Shown in pieces: positions 46,043 through 56,135 of a DNA stretch of 61,071 nucleotides. The position numbers and the translations under genes were made by a program. Source of the DNA: a virus (taxonomy: Duplodnaviria; Caudoviricetes); the IMG/VR virus record IMGVR_UViG_3300005611_000024, positions 1 to 61,071 of that record; one strand, written 5' to 3'. The notes beneath the pieces were generated by a model that was not told where the DNA came from, made no database searches, and saw only the letters and a program-made list of their open reading frames with translations. Within the stretch, counting starts at the first letter, position 1; the number at the start of each line of letters is the position of its first letter.

Positions 46043-47928
46043 TGAAAATCATAACCATTGATTTTGAAACATATTATGATAGTGATTTTAGTCTATCTAA
46101 ACTAACTACTGAGGCATACATAAAAGACCCACGATTTCAAGTTATTGGATTTGGTGTTAAAGTAAATGGTGGTCCTACTAAATGGTATACAGGCACACAC
46201 GAAGAACTAAAAGAAAAATTAGACTATTATAAATTACAAGATAATGCAGTATTATGTCACAACACTATTTTTGATGGTGCAATATTATCTTTTATTTTTG
46301 ATATAACTCCTAAACTTTATCTTGATACTTTATCAATGGCTCGTTCATTACATGGTATCAATGTAGGGGGTTCACTTAAATACCTCGCTGAAAAATATAA
46401 CATAGGACAGAAAGGTACAGAAGTCTTAGACGCAAAGGGTAAAAAATTAGAGGACTTTGAACAAGATGAACTAGACCGATATGGTCAATATTGTATTAAT
46501 GATGTGGAACTAACCTATGAGTTATTTAATAAATTAGCTTATCCTGATGGAGAATATGGACTAAAAGAGTTTCCAAGAACAGAGATACAATTAATTGACA
46601 TAACTATAAGAATGTTTACTCAACCTCGTTTACAAATCAACGACGCAGTCTTGATAGACAGACTAGAAGAAGTAACCACAGAAAAACAAAAACTTTTAGA
46701 TGGTTTGAAAGCAAAACTAAACTGCGAAACAGCAGAAGAAGTGAGAAAGAAACTTGCTAGTAATAAACAGTTTGCAGAACTGTTAGAAGATTTAGATGTT
46801 GTCATTCCTTTAAAAGTATCACCAGCGACAGGCAAAGACACATTTGCTTTTGCAAAAACCGATAGAGGGTTTATTGAACTACAAGAACACGAAGACCCAT
46901 TAGTACAAGAACTTTGTGCAGTTAGATTAGGTACAAAGTCAACGATAGAAGAAACAAGAATAGAGAGATTCTTAGACATTGGGTGTCGTAACAACGGTAA
47001 GTTACCTATACCGTTAAAGTATTATGGTGCTCACACAGGTAGATGGTCAGGTTCAGACAAAGTGAACTTCCAAAACTTACCGAGTCGTGACGCAAAAAAG
47101 AAAGCTTTGAAGAATGCTATTATACCGCCGAAAGGTAATGTTATATTAAATGTTGACTCTTCACAGATTGAAGCTCGTATACTTGTTTGGTTAGCAGGGC
47201 AAGAAGATGTTACACAAGAATTTAGAAATGGTGAGGATGTGTATGCAAACTTCTCTAGCAAAGTGTATGGCAGAAAGATTACAAAGAAAAATAAAGAAGA
47301 AAGATTTGTAGGAAAGACCTGCACACTTGGTTTGGGATATGGCACAGGTTGGAAGAAACTACAACACACATTAGAAACATCTGGTCAAGTTGCGAAGCTA
47401 TCTGAGGATGAATGTAGAAACTTAGTAAAAATATATCGTGAAGTAAACTACAAAGTTATAGATTTATGGAAAGAGTGTGACCGAGCATTAGAGTTTATTT
47501 CAAACAGTACCGACGAAGGCTACTACTTAGATAAACATAAATGTCTTCATATAGAAAAAGGTCGTATCAGATTACCTAATGGTATGTGTATATACTACCC
47601 TAATTTAAGATGGGACGCTTCTCAACCTCAAGGGGAGTTTGTTTATGACTCTCGTAGAGGAACAGTTGGTATATGGGGTGGGTCAGTTGTGGAGAATGTG
47701 GTGCAAGCGTTAGCTAGAATAGTCATAGGTGAACAAATGATAAAGGTCTCCAGAGAGTACCCTGTTGTGTTGACTGTACATGACGCAATCGTTTGTGTTG
47801 CACCAGAAGAAGAAAAAGATATAGCACTAAAAAGAATTATGGAGATAATGTCTGAGCCTCCTGAGTGGGGTAAAGATTTACCTATCGCCTGTGAGGGTGG
47901 CTATGCAGATAATTATGGGGATTGTTAA
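46042..47928 (+). CDS. polA: Family A DNA polymerase with 3'-5' exonuclease
   Basis: IDFET, HN..FD, YCINDV; TGRWS, QNLP, DSSQIEAR, KTCTLGLGYG, TVHDAI. Confidence 0.95.
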   Translation: MKIITIDFETYYDSDFSLSKLTTEAYIKDPRFQVIGFGVKVNGGPTKWYTGTHEELKEKLDYYKLQDNAVLCHNTIFDGAILSFIFDITPKLYLDTLSMARSLHGINVGGSLKYLAEKYNIGQKGTEVLDAKGKKLEDFEQDELDRYGQYCINDVELTYELFNKLAYPDGEYGLKEFPRTEIQLIDITIRMFTQPRLQINDAVLIDRLEEVTTEKQKLLDGLKAKLNCETAEEVRKKLASNKQFAELLEDLDVVIPLKVSPATGKDTFAFAKTDRGFIELQEHEDPLVQELCAVRLGTKSTIEETRIERFLDIGCRNNGKLPIPLKYYGAHTGRWSGSDKVNFQNLPSRDAKKKALKNAIIPPKGNVILNVDSSQIEARILVWLAGQEDVTQEFRNGEDVYANFSSKVYGRKITKKNKEERFVGKTCTLGLGYGTGWKKLQHTLETSGQVAKLSEDECRNLVKIYREVNYKVIDLWKECDRALEFISNSTDEGYYLDKHKCLHIEKGRIRLPNGMCIYYPNLRWDASQPQGEFVYDSRRGTVGIWGGSVVENVVQALARIVIGEQMIKVSREYPVVLTVHDAIVCVAPEEEKDIALKRIMEIMSEPPEWGKDLPIACEGGYADNYGDC

Positions 47929-48642
47929 ATGGCAGTAGCCAAAGTAAGACAGAATGATATATGCAAAGACTTACTTATGAAAAGAAAGAAGATGGGTGAG
48001 TTGGATGCAGAAACACTTACTAAGTTTAGAAGATACGCAAGAAATAAAAAAGCTCAGTTGTTTGAAGAGGGTTATGTAGATGATGAACACGAGTATTGGT
48101 TAAGACATTATTGTGCGAGTTGGCTAAGAGATAAGAAACCTAGTCGTATGGACAAGAGTAATAAACGCAGAAGAAACTGTCCAACACACAAGAAGAAAGC
48201 TAAAGTTGCAAAGTATAAAAGAATGAACTTAAACACTTGGGGTTTTACTGAGTCAATGTGGAATAATTATGCCTTTGCTGATATGAGAAGAAAATATCCT
48301 AGACGAGTGATGTGGAAAACTCGTAAGGAACTTTATATATGGTTAATTAAACAATTAAAAAAGCAAGGTGGTCGTTCTGCTTACCGTAATAAAAGAGGTG
48401 TTTATCCAAAGATGACAATGATAAGAGATGGAAACTTAACACCAAAAGAAAACTTTTTAATAGATACTAATTTAAGTATAGATAGAATACTACCAGATAA
48501 ATTTTATATAGAAGGAAATATGGTCTTGTGCCAAAGACAACAGAACAAAGATAAGAATGCAATACATTTGTTGCAAACAGAAGATGTTGTGAAATTACAA
48601 AGGAAAGCTACAAAACAATTTTTAAGAAGTAGAAAGTTGTAA
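47929..48642 (+). CDS. HNH-like (homing) endonuclease candidate
   Basis: LSIDRI..K.Y..GN.VLC...N..K; very basic. Confidence 0.5.
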   Translation: MAVAKVRQNDICKDLLMKRKKMGELDAETLTKFRRYARNKKAQLFEEGYVDDEHEYWLRHYCASWLRDKKPSRMDKSNKRRRNCPTHKKKAKVAKYKRMNLNTWGFTESMWNNYAFADMRRKYPRRVMWKTRKELYIWLIKQLKKQGGRSAYRNKRGVYPKMTMIRDGNLTPKENFLIDTNLSIDRILPDKFYIEGNMVLCQRQQNKDKNAIHLLQTEDVVKLQRKATKQFLRSRKL

Positions 48643-48694
48643 ATATATGTAATCTATGACACTATTAGCTAACTACAACAAACAAGAGAATAAT

Positions 48695-49351
48695 ATGACA
48701 GACTTTACTTGGAGTTATTCATCTTTAAAACAATATCAAAACTGTCCTAAACAATATCAAGAAATAAAAGTATTAAAAAATTACATAGTAAAAGAAAGTG
48801 AAGCTATGATTTATGGTAAAGAAGTACACACTGCATTAGAAGAGTATGTCAGAGATGGAAAACCTTTAGCAAAAAATTACCAACGATTTAAAAAGTATGT
48901 AGACCGATTGATTGCTATTGAAGGTGAAAAATATGTTGAGCATGAAATGGCACTTAAATATGACAGAACTCCTTGTGATTTTCATGATGAAGATAGATGG
49001 GTAAGAGGTATCGTTGACTTATTAATAGTTGATGGAAATTATGCTTTTATCATTGACTATAAAACAGGTAGTAAAAAATATCCTGACCCAAAGCAGTTAA
49101 GGTTGATGGCACTTATGACTTTTACTCACTTTCCTGATGTGCAGAAAATAAAAGCAGGTTTATTATTTATTATGCACGATGCTTTTGTCACGGAAGAATA
49201 TCATAGAAGAGATATGGATAACTCATGGAAAGTTTTTGAACAACCACTTAAAAGACTAGAAAAGTCTTATGAAACAGACACTTGGCAACCTAATCCTACA
49301 CCGTTGTGTGGGTGGTGTTCAGTAGATAGTTGTGAATTTAACACCAAGTAG
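48695..49351 (+). CDS. PD-(D/E)XK (Cas4/RecB-like) exonuclease
   Basis: WSYSSL..Y.NCP, G..VH, GIVD, IDYKTG, Q, CGWC...C. Confidence 0.85.
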   Translation: MTDFTWSYSSLKQYQNCPKQYQEIKVLKNYIVKESEAMIYGKEVHTALEEYVRDGKPLAKNYQRFKKYVDRLIAIEGEKYVEHEMALKYDRTPCDFHDEDRWVRGIVDLLIVDGNYAFIIDYKTGSKKYPDPKQLRLMALMTFTHFPDVQKIKAGLLFIMHDAFVTEEYHRRDMDNSWKVFEQPLKRLEKSYETDTWQPNPTPLCGWCSVDSCEFNTK

Positions 49352-49363
49352 TATAATATAGAC

Positions 49364-49690
49364 ATGCCATATGTAAATAAAAAAAGACCTTATAAGAAGG
49401 AATATCAACAGCAGAAAGCCAGAGGTGAGCATAACAACCGTATGGAACGTCAACGTGCTCGTCGTAAAATAGATAAGACTGGTAAAGACGCTAACAAAAA
49501 TGGTAAAGCTGATAAGCGTGAAGGTAAAGATGTATCACATAGAAAAGCATTATCTAAAGGTGGTAAAAATAAACACGGTGTTACTATTCAATCTAAATCT
49601 AAAAATCGTTCATTTAAAAGAAACTCACAGCGTAAGCTAGTGTCAGAAACAAGTAAAAGGGAGAGAAAAGGTGCCACTAAAAAAAGGTAA
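49364..49690 (+). CDS. Basic HNH-like protein
   Basis: [14 protein letters not shown]...NRS. Confidence 0.55.
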   Translation: MPYVNKKRPYKKEYQQQKARGEHNNRMERQRARRKIDKTGKDANKNGKADKREGKDVSHRKALSKGGKNKHGVTIQSKSKNRSFKRNSQRKLVSETSKRERKGATKKR

Positions 49691-49805
49691 AAGTAAAAAA
49701 GTAATTTCTGAAAACATTAGAAAAGAAATTAAATCAGGTAAGCCTCGCAATCAAGCAATAGCCATTGCATTATCAAAAGCAAAAGTAAAAAAGAAAAAAA
49801 GATAG
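49671..49805 (+). CDS. 44-aa basic protein ([16 protein letters not shown]...[10 protein letters not shown])
   Basis: GTG start after GGAG; recurrent phage family. Confidence 0.7.
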   Translation: MPLKKGKSKKVISENIRKEIKSGKPRNQAIAIALSKAKVKKKKR

Positions 49806-49816
49806 TAAATTAGTAG

Positions 49817-49844
49817 TTGACTTTCTATATTGAGGGTGTAAACT
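49817..49844 (+). promoter_or_regulatory. Sigma70-like promoter for helicase operon
   Basis: TTGACT-16-TAAACT. Confidence 0.45.
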
Positions 49845-49878
49845 GTAATTCTTACGAGAGAGAACATACAATGTATGA

Positions 49879-51456
49879 GTGAGAATAATGAACCTTATTG
49901 ATAATAAAATATTAAAACTAAAACTACGAGACGAATCAGCAGAACTAGTAAAAGAATATATTGAAAGAAGTGAAATACTTTCAAGAAGTAAAGATGGTAT
50001 AAATGAAGTAGCTATTTACTGGGGACTTGATGAAGTAACTACACTTAATCAACTGATAAAACTAAATAAAAATATACCTTCACCTATCACTAAAGAATAT
50101 AATTGGCCAGGTTTATACAAACCGTTTGACCATCAACGACTAACATCTGAATTTTTATCTGTACAAAAAAGAGGTTTCTGTTTTAATGAAGCAGGTACAG
50201 GTAAAACATCATCAGCATTGTGGGCGGCTGACTATTTAATGAATAAAGGTAAAGTTAAACGAGTACTAATTATATGCCCTTTATCTATTATGTACTCAGC
50301 ATGGCAGGCAGATATATTTAATACTTGTATGCACAGAACTTCACAAGTTTGTCATGGTACAAAAGACAAACGACAAAAGATAATAAATAGTGAATATGAA
50401 TTTATCATAATAAATTATGATGGTGTAGCGATTATAAAAGATGAAATTAAACGAGCTGACTTTGATTTAATTATTATAGATGAAGCTAACGCATACAAAT
50501 CAACTTCAACGAGCCGTTGGAAAACATTAGCTAAAATATTAACACCTCGTACTAGAATGTGGATGATGACAGGAACTCCTGCATCTCAATCGCCAGAAGA
50601 CGCATATGGTCTTGCTAGGTTAGTATGCCCAGACAATGTTCCTAAATTTAAAACAGCTTGGCGTGATAGAGTAATGTACCAAATATCTAGGTTCAAATGG
50701 ATACCTAGACCTACATCAAAAGATGAAGTTTTCAAAGCTCTTACACCAGCAATACGATTTGCAAAAGATGAATGTCTTGACTTACCAGAAGTAGTTTATC
50801 AAACAAGAGACGTAGAACTCACAGCACAAGCTAAGAAATACTATAAACAACTAAAAAATCAAATGCTTATTGAAACAGCAGGTGAACAAATATCTGCTGT
50901 GAATGCAGCTTCGGGTATGAATAAATTACTACAGATATCAGGTGGTGCAGTATACACGGATACAAAAGAAACAGTTAAATTTGATATTAAACCAAGACTA
51001 AATGCGTTACTAGAATCAGTACAAGAAACTACAAATAAGTTACTTATCTTCGTACCATACAGACACACCATAAACATAGTGTCAGAGTTTCTATCAAAGA
51101 ATAATATAACAAACGAACTAATACATGGTGATGTTAGTGCTACAGAAAGAGCTCACATCATTAACCGATTTCAAACATCAGATGAACCTAAAGTTCTTGT
51201 GATACAACCACAGTCAGCTTCTCACGGAGTGACACTAACCAAAGCAGATACAGTTGTGTTTTGGTCTCCTGTGATGTCCGTTGAAGTTTACTTACAATGT
51301 ATCGCTAGAATGGATAGGGTTGGGCAGAAGAATAAAATGACAGTTGTTCATCTGCAAGGGTCTGATGTTGAAAAAAGAATGTATGCCATGCTACGAGGTA
51401 AAGTAGACCAGCATACTAAATTAGTTGACTTATACAGAGAGGAATTAGAGTCATGA
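49879..51456 (+). CDS. SNF2-family helicase
   Basis: GTGKT, IIDEA, MTGTP, HGVTL, Q..AR.DRVGQ. Confidence 0.92.
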   Translation: MRIMNLIDNKILKLKLRDESAELVKEYIERSEILSRSKDGINEVAIYWGLDEVTTLNQLIKLNKNIPSPITKEYNWPGLYKPFDHQRLTSEFLSVQKRGFCFNEAGTGKTSSALWAADYLMNKGKVKRVLIICPLSIMYSAWQADIFNTCMHRTSQVCHGTKDKRQKIINSEYEFIIINYDGVAIIKDEIKRADFDLIIIDEANAYKSTSTSRWKTLAKILTPRTRMWMMTGTPASQSPEDAYGLARLVCPDNVPKFKTAWRDRVMYQISRFKWIPRPTSKDEVFKALTPAIRFAKDECLDLPEVVYQTRDVELTAQAKKYYKQLKNQMLIETAGEQISAVNAASGMNKLLQISGGAVYTDTKETVKFDIKPRLNALLESVQETTNKLLIFVPYRHTINIVSEFLSKNNITNELIHGDVSATERAHIINRFQTSDEPKVLVIQPQSASHGVTLTKADTVVFWSPVMSVEVYLQCIARMDRVGQKNKMTVVHLQGSDVEKRMYAMLRGKVDQHTKLVDLYREELES

Positions 51457-51854
51457 GTGAAAATAAGATGGATAAGATAGTTGAAACCTATCTTAAAATT
51501 AGAGATGAGAAAAATAGACTCACAAGAGCGTACGAGGCTAGAGATAAAGAATTAGCTGCTGACCTTGCGTCTATTGAACAAGTCTTACTAACTTCTTGTA
51601 ATGATATAGGTGCTGATAGTATTCGTACAGAACTCGGCACAATCATCAAGAGCACAAAAGAAAGTTTCGTTTGTGGGGACTGGGATAACTTTAAAAAGTA
51701 TATTCTAGATAACGAAGCTGTAGAATTATTACAGCAGAGAATCCACCAATCAAACTTTAAAGAGTTTTTAAGTAATCGTGAAGATGAAGGGTTGCCACCT
51801 GGAATTAGTAGTATGCGAGAATTTAAAATAACAGTCCGTAAATCAAGTAAATAA
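51453..51854 (+). CDS. Conserved hypothetical protein (replication module)
   Basis: Coiled coil plus DW..F...LLQ.RI...LPPG. Confidence 0.75.
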   Translation: MSENKMDKIVETYLKIRDEKNRLTRAYEARDKELAADLASIEQVLLTSCNDIGADSIRTELGTIIKSTKESFVCGDWDNFKKYILDNEAVELLQQRIHQSNFKEFLSNREDEGLPPGISSMREFKITVRKSSK

Positions 51855-51866
51855 AGGAGAAACGAA

Positions 51867-52763
51867 ATGAGTGACGATTTAATTACCATTTTACAACAAA
51901 ATCCAGCTGTTGTACAAAAAGGTCTGGATGAAGATACCCTTGCTGTCGCAGGTGGGGGTGGTGGAGATACCACTAAACGAATATCTATTCGTGGAAAAAA
52001 CTTTCATAAAGTAGTAAACGGTAAAGAAATATCTACCGTAGAAGATAACCATATGAATGTAATCATAGTTAAAATGGCACACGCAGCTGCTAGAACTTAC
52101 TACACAGAGAGTTATCAAGAGGGTAAAAAAGTAGCACCTGCTTGTTGGTCAAGTGATTCAAGAGTGCCTGACCCTGAAGTGACTACGCCTCAAGCAAAGT
52201 CATGTAACGAATGTCCTATGAGTGTTAGAGGCTCAGGTACAGGCGGTACAGGCTCAGCGTGTAGACTATCTTGGAGGATAGCTGTTGTGTTACCTAATGA
52301 CCCATCAGGTGATGTAATGCAAATGGTTTTACCTGCTACTTCAGCGTTTGGTAAAGAGGACTCAGGTAAATGGCCTTTCAGACCTTATGTGCAAATGTTA
52401 GCTAACAATAATGTTAGTGCTGGTAATGTGATAACTAGAATGCAGTTTGACCCTAAAGCTTCTGTACCTAAGTTATATTTTTCACCAGCAGCTGCTGTTA
52501 GACCTGAAGATATGGAGATATTAAAAAGACAATCTAAATCAGCGGCAGCTGAGGCAGCTGTTAAGATGACTGTGTATCAAACTGATACTAAGTCAGACGA
52601 AGCTCCAGCTCCAGCAGCTGTAGAGCCTACTGCAAAGAAAAAGGTAAAAGCTGAATCTGATGATGTAAGTGAACCTGAAGTTGTTAATCAGGATAAAAAA
52701 GCGTCAGCAGAGAAAGCTAATGATATCAATGAGTTAATGGATAAATGGGGTGTAAAAGACTAA
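51867..52763 (+). CDS. ssDNA-binding-like protein
   Basis: PACWS..CNECP..ACR, acidic tail ending near Trp; position in replication module. Confidence 0.55.
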   Translation: MSDDLITILQQNPAVVQKGLDEDTLAVAGGGGGDTTKRISIRGKNFHKVVNGKEISTVEDNHMNVIIVKMAHAAARTYYTESYQEGKKVAPACWSSDSRVPDPEVTTPQAKSCNECPMSVRGSGTGGTGSACRLSWRIAVVLPNDPSGDVMQMVLPATSAFGKEDSGKWPFRPYVQMLANNNVSAGNVITRMQFDPKASVPKLYFSPAAAVRPEDMEILKRQSKSAAAEAAVKMTVYQTDTKSDEAPAPAAVEPTAKKKVKAESDDVSEPEVVNQDKKASAEKANDINELMDKWGVKD

Positions 52764-52767
52764 GGAG

Positions 52768-53082
52768 GTGATAATGGCTAGGCCATATAGTGATAAACTA
52801 TTAATCCACCTGTCTAATGCAGACCCAGAGAGAGTTGGTATACAATTAGCGAAGTTGTGTATAGAAGCTAAGTTACCAGCATCAGCTATCGCTGACTACT
52901 TTGATGTTTCAAGAATGGCAGTGCATGGATGGTTTCGAGGAAATTACATAAGAGAAAGTAGATGTATATTGATTCGGAAGTTTATGAAACAAATAAAAAA
53001 CGATTTGGATGATGGGGTCTTACCTACAAAGACTCAAGTTCAAGCAAAGAAATATTTAGAAGAAATGAGAGATGATAACTAA
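52768..53082 (+). CDS. HTH (Cro/XRE-like) regulator
   Basis: IADYFDVSRMAVHGWFRG. Confidence 0.7.
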   Translation: MIMARPYSDKLLIHLSNADPERVGIQLAKLCIEAKLPASAIADYFDVSRMAVHGWFRGNYIRESRCILIRKFMKQIKNDLDDGVLPTKTQVQAKKYLEEMRDDN

Positions 53083-55948
53083 ATTTTATGAAAAAATATT
53101 ACCAACACAGGGAAACAAATACTGTGTAGCATGGACTACTGGTAAAGGAATGAATCATGAGTGGGTTGACTCTATAGCAGAGATAGAACCTACTATAAAT
53201 GATTTACAAAGCCGACACAGTAACATCAATGTGTATGTTGCAATGTCTTCCTTTCAGGGTCAAAGCCGATTGGCTAAGTATGCTACGCATAGAAAAGCTT
53301 TATTTGTAGATTTAGATGTAGGGGAAGATAAAGCTGCGTCAGGTAAAGGATATGCTACAAAAGAAGAGGCGAAGAAAGCCTTAGATGAATTTGTACAGAA
53401 TACTTTACTACCCCCTGTGATAAAGGTTGATTCAGGTAATGGTATTCATGGTTATTGGCCTCTTGAAAAAGATTTGACTATTGAAGAGTGGGAGCCGTAT
53501 GCAACTAAGTTTTTTGACTTTTGTTTACAACATAATTTAATAGTTGATTCTTCTGTTATGTGTGACGCTGCTAGGATTATGAGAAGTCCTGAAACTACCA
53601 ACTATAAAAAAGGTAAAGAACCAGCTACAGCTAAAGTTATAACTGAAGATATAAAAGAGTATCCTCTTGAGATTATAAGTGATTTACTCGGTGATGTTGA
53701 ACCGTCAGTAGAGAATATCTTAAAAGCTGCTAGAAGTCCTCTCACTGAAGACCAAAGAAAAGCTTTGAAGTTAGATAATTTTCAATCTTCTTTTGCAACA
53801 ATAGCTAAGAAAAGCTTATCTGATAATGGTGGTTGTCCACAGATAAAACATATACTAGTTAATGCTACTACTTTAGAAGAGCCTATGTGGTACGCAGGGT
53901 TGTCTATTGCTCAACATTGTAAAGATAGAGATACAGCTATTCATATAATGTCTGAAAATCATAGAGACTATGACCCTGAAATAACAGAAGCTAAAGCTAC
54001 ACAGTCTCAAGATAAACCTTTTTCTTGTGAGAAGTTTAATGACTTAAATCCAAGAGGGTGTGAGGGGTGTACACATAAAGGTAAAATAACTAATCCATTA
54101 GCCATAGGCAAAGAGTTTGTACCCGCTCCTCCAATAGAGTTAGACCCAGTAGAGCAAACTAAAGAAGGTGGTGCTTTGATTTCTCTCGGTGGATTACCTA
54201 AAGACTTATATCCTTTTGTGTATGGTGGTGCAGAGGGTGGTATATATTTTGAGCATCCAGTGGAAGTAGATGAAGATGGTCAGCCTCTTCCTCGCAAAAA
54301 GCCTGTCTTGGTTTCACCATATGACTTGTATCCTACTAACAGAATATATAGTCCAACAGAAGGTGAGTGTTTAAATATGAGATATCATCCACCTCATGAT
54401 GAACCAAGAGACTTTATGATGCCAATGGCACACTTATATATAGTAGAAAAATTTAAAGAAATTATATTGAAGAATGGAGTATTTTATGACCCTAATAATC
54501 AACAAGGGAGATATCTAATGACATATATTTATAGATGGGGAGATTATTTATTATCTAAAAGCAAAGCAGAAATCATGAGAACACAAATGGGTTGGACTCC
54601 AGATAAGAAAGCTTTTGTTATAGGTAACAAAGAAATAGACTCAAATGGGAATGTTGTTAATAGTCCAACTTCTCCACTATGTAAAGGCATAGCTCAACAC
54701 CTTACTACTGAGGGAAGCTATGATGAATGGAAAGCTACGGCTAATAAACTTAACACACCAAGTTTAGAACTACACGCTTTTACTATGCTAACTGGGTTTG
54801 GTTCTGTAATTATGGACTTCACAACTACTAACGGTATGACAGTGTGTTTGACAGGGACTGATTCAGGTTCAGGTAAAACAGGTGCACTACAAGCAGCTTT
54901 GAGTATATGGGGTAATCCTGAAGCATTGAAGCTACAACAAGGTGGTGCTACAGAGAACGCATTGACAGCTAGATATTTGACATTTCACAACCTACCGTTT
55001 GGTTTAGATGAGGTAGGTAACATAGAAGGTAGAGCGTTATCTAATCTAATACATAAGATATCAAATGGTAAAGCAAAGGCACGTATGCAAGCTTCAACAA
55101 ATGCTGAGAGGGAGTATGAGATGTCCGCATCACTAATTGCTTTGTTTACGTCTAACCATTCATTGTATAACACACTACAAACTGTGAAGAAGAACCCACA
55201 CGGAGAGGTTGCTCGTTTACTAGAAATAACTGTAAACAAGCCTAAAATATTTTATGATGACCCAACTGCAGGTGCGTCAGTGTTTCAACCTTATAATCAC
55301 AACTATGGACACGCAGGGTTAGACTTTATATCTAAGCTATTTAAATATTCTCCTGATGAAATACGTAGTAGGATTGACAAGTGGTTAGTAAAGTTTAAGA
55401 AAGACTTTGGTGATGATACTACTTATAGGTTTCATGAGAACATGGTAGCTTGTACTTTTGCTGCAGGTGAGATAGCCGTTGAAAATGATATAGTTAATTT
55501 AGATTTGACTAGAATATATCTAGCTACTGTCAGTGAGCTTATAAATATCAGAGATAACGTCATAGGACGTATCAATGTGGTGGATTACGAGAGCATCCTT
55601 GGAGAATATCTTAACGCACACAATACTAACATCCTGGCACTTGAGGTGAACGAGAATAACCGACTTAATCAAGAGCCAAGAGGTGAACTATTAATACGTG
55701 CAGAGATTGACACAGCTAAGATGTTTATAGAAAAGCGTCACTTCAGAGAGTATCTTGCCAAATCAGGTATAAGTGTGTCTGATTTTGTACTCAAAATGAA
55801 AGCAAAGGGTTATAACATACGAGACCATAAGCGTCGTATGGGTACAGGTTGGAAAGCTGCTACAGGATTTAGCTCAGTGATGACACTTGAGATTGATACT
55901 ACTAAGTTTATAGAAGACTTGATACAGGAGAGCAATGAGACTGAATGA
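53072..55948 (+). CDS. Primase-helicase (AEP-type primase, Cys cluster, DUF927-like helicase)
   Basis: FVDLD, SGNGIHGYW, DAARIMRSP, C..C..C, QMGW, GSGKT, LDE. Confidence 0.88.
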   Translation: MITKFYEKILPTQGNKYCVAWTTGKGMNHEWVDSIAEIEPTINDLQSRHSNINVYVAMSSFQGQSRLAKYATHRKALFVDLDVGEDKAASGKGYATKEEAKKALDEFVQNTLLPPVIKVDSGNGIHGYWPLEKDLTIEEWEPYATKFFDFCLQHNLIVDSSVMCDAARIMRSPETTNYKKGKEPATAKVITEDIKEYPLEIISDLLGDVEPSVENILKAARSPLTEDQRKALKLDNFQSSFATIAKKSLSDNGGCPQIKHILVNATTLEEPMWYAGLSIAQHCKDRDTAIHIMSENHRDYDPEITEAKATQSQDKPFSCEKFNDLNPRGCEGCTHKGKITNPLAIGKEFVPAPPIELDPVEQTKEGGALISLGGLPKDLYPFVYGGAEGGIYFEHPVEVDEDGQPLPRKKPVLVSPYDLYPTNRIYSPTEGECLNMRYHPPHDEPRDFMMPMAHLYIVEKFKEIILKNGVFYDPNNQQGRYLMTYIYRWGDYLLSKSKAEIMRTQMGWTPDKKAFVIGNKEIDSNGNVVNSPTSPLCKGIAQHLTTEGSYDEWKATANKLNTPSLELHAFTMLTGFGSVIMDFTTTNGMTVCLTGTDSGSGKTGALQAALSIWGNPEALKLQQGGATENALTARYLTFHNLPFGLDEVGNIEGRALSNLIHKISNGKAKARMQASTNAEREYEMSASLIALFTSNHSLYNTLQTVKKNPHGEVARLLEITVNKPKIFYDDPTAGASVFQPYNHNYGHAGLDFISKLFKYSPDEIRSRIDKWLVKFKKDFGDDTTYRFHENMVACTFAAGEIAVENDIVNLDLTRIYLATVSELINIRDNVIGRINVVDYESILGEYLNAHNTNILALEVNENNRLNQEPRGELLIRAEIDTAKMFIEKRHFREYLAKSGISVSDFVLKMKAKGYNIRDHKRRMGTGWKAATGFSSVMTLEIDTTKFIEDLIQESNETE

Positions 55949-56135
55949 CGAGCCAGAATGGAACTTCCCTCTAGAATGGATGCAAGTGGGGGAAAGTTTC
56001 TTCATACCAACATTGAAGCCATCATCTATGATATATGCTATTGATAGTGGTGCTAAACGAGCTAAAGTAAAAGTCAAAATATTTCAGACTATGAAAGACG
56101 ATGTGATGGGTGTTAGAGTATGGAGAGTTAGATAA
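55935..56135 (+). CDS. Small DNA-binding-like protein
   Basis: FP...MQVGESFFIP...GVRVWR. Confidence 0.7.
   Translation: MRLNDEPEWNFPLEWMQVGESFFIPTLKPSSMIYAIDSGAKRAKVKVKIFQTMKDDVMGVRVWRVR

Noticed and set aside
48695-49351. Cas4 as evidence of CRISPR-Cas
   Set aside because: Stand-alone Cas4-like nucleases are routine in phage replication modules
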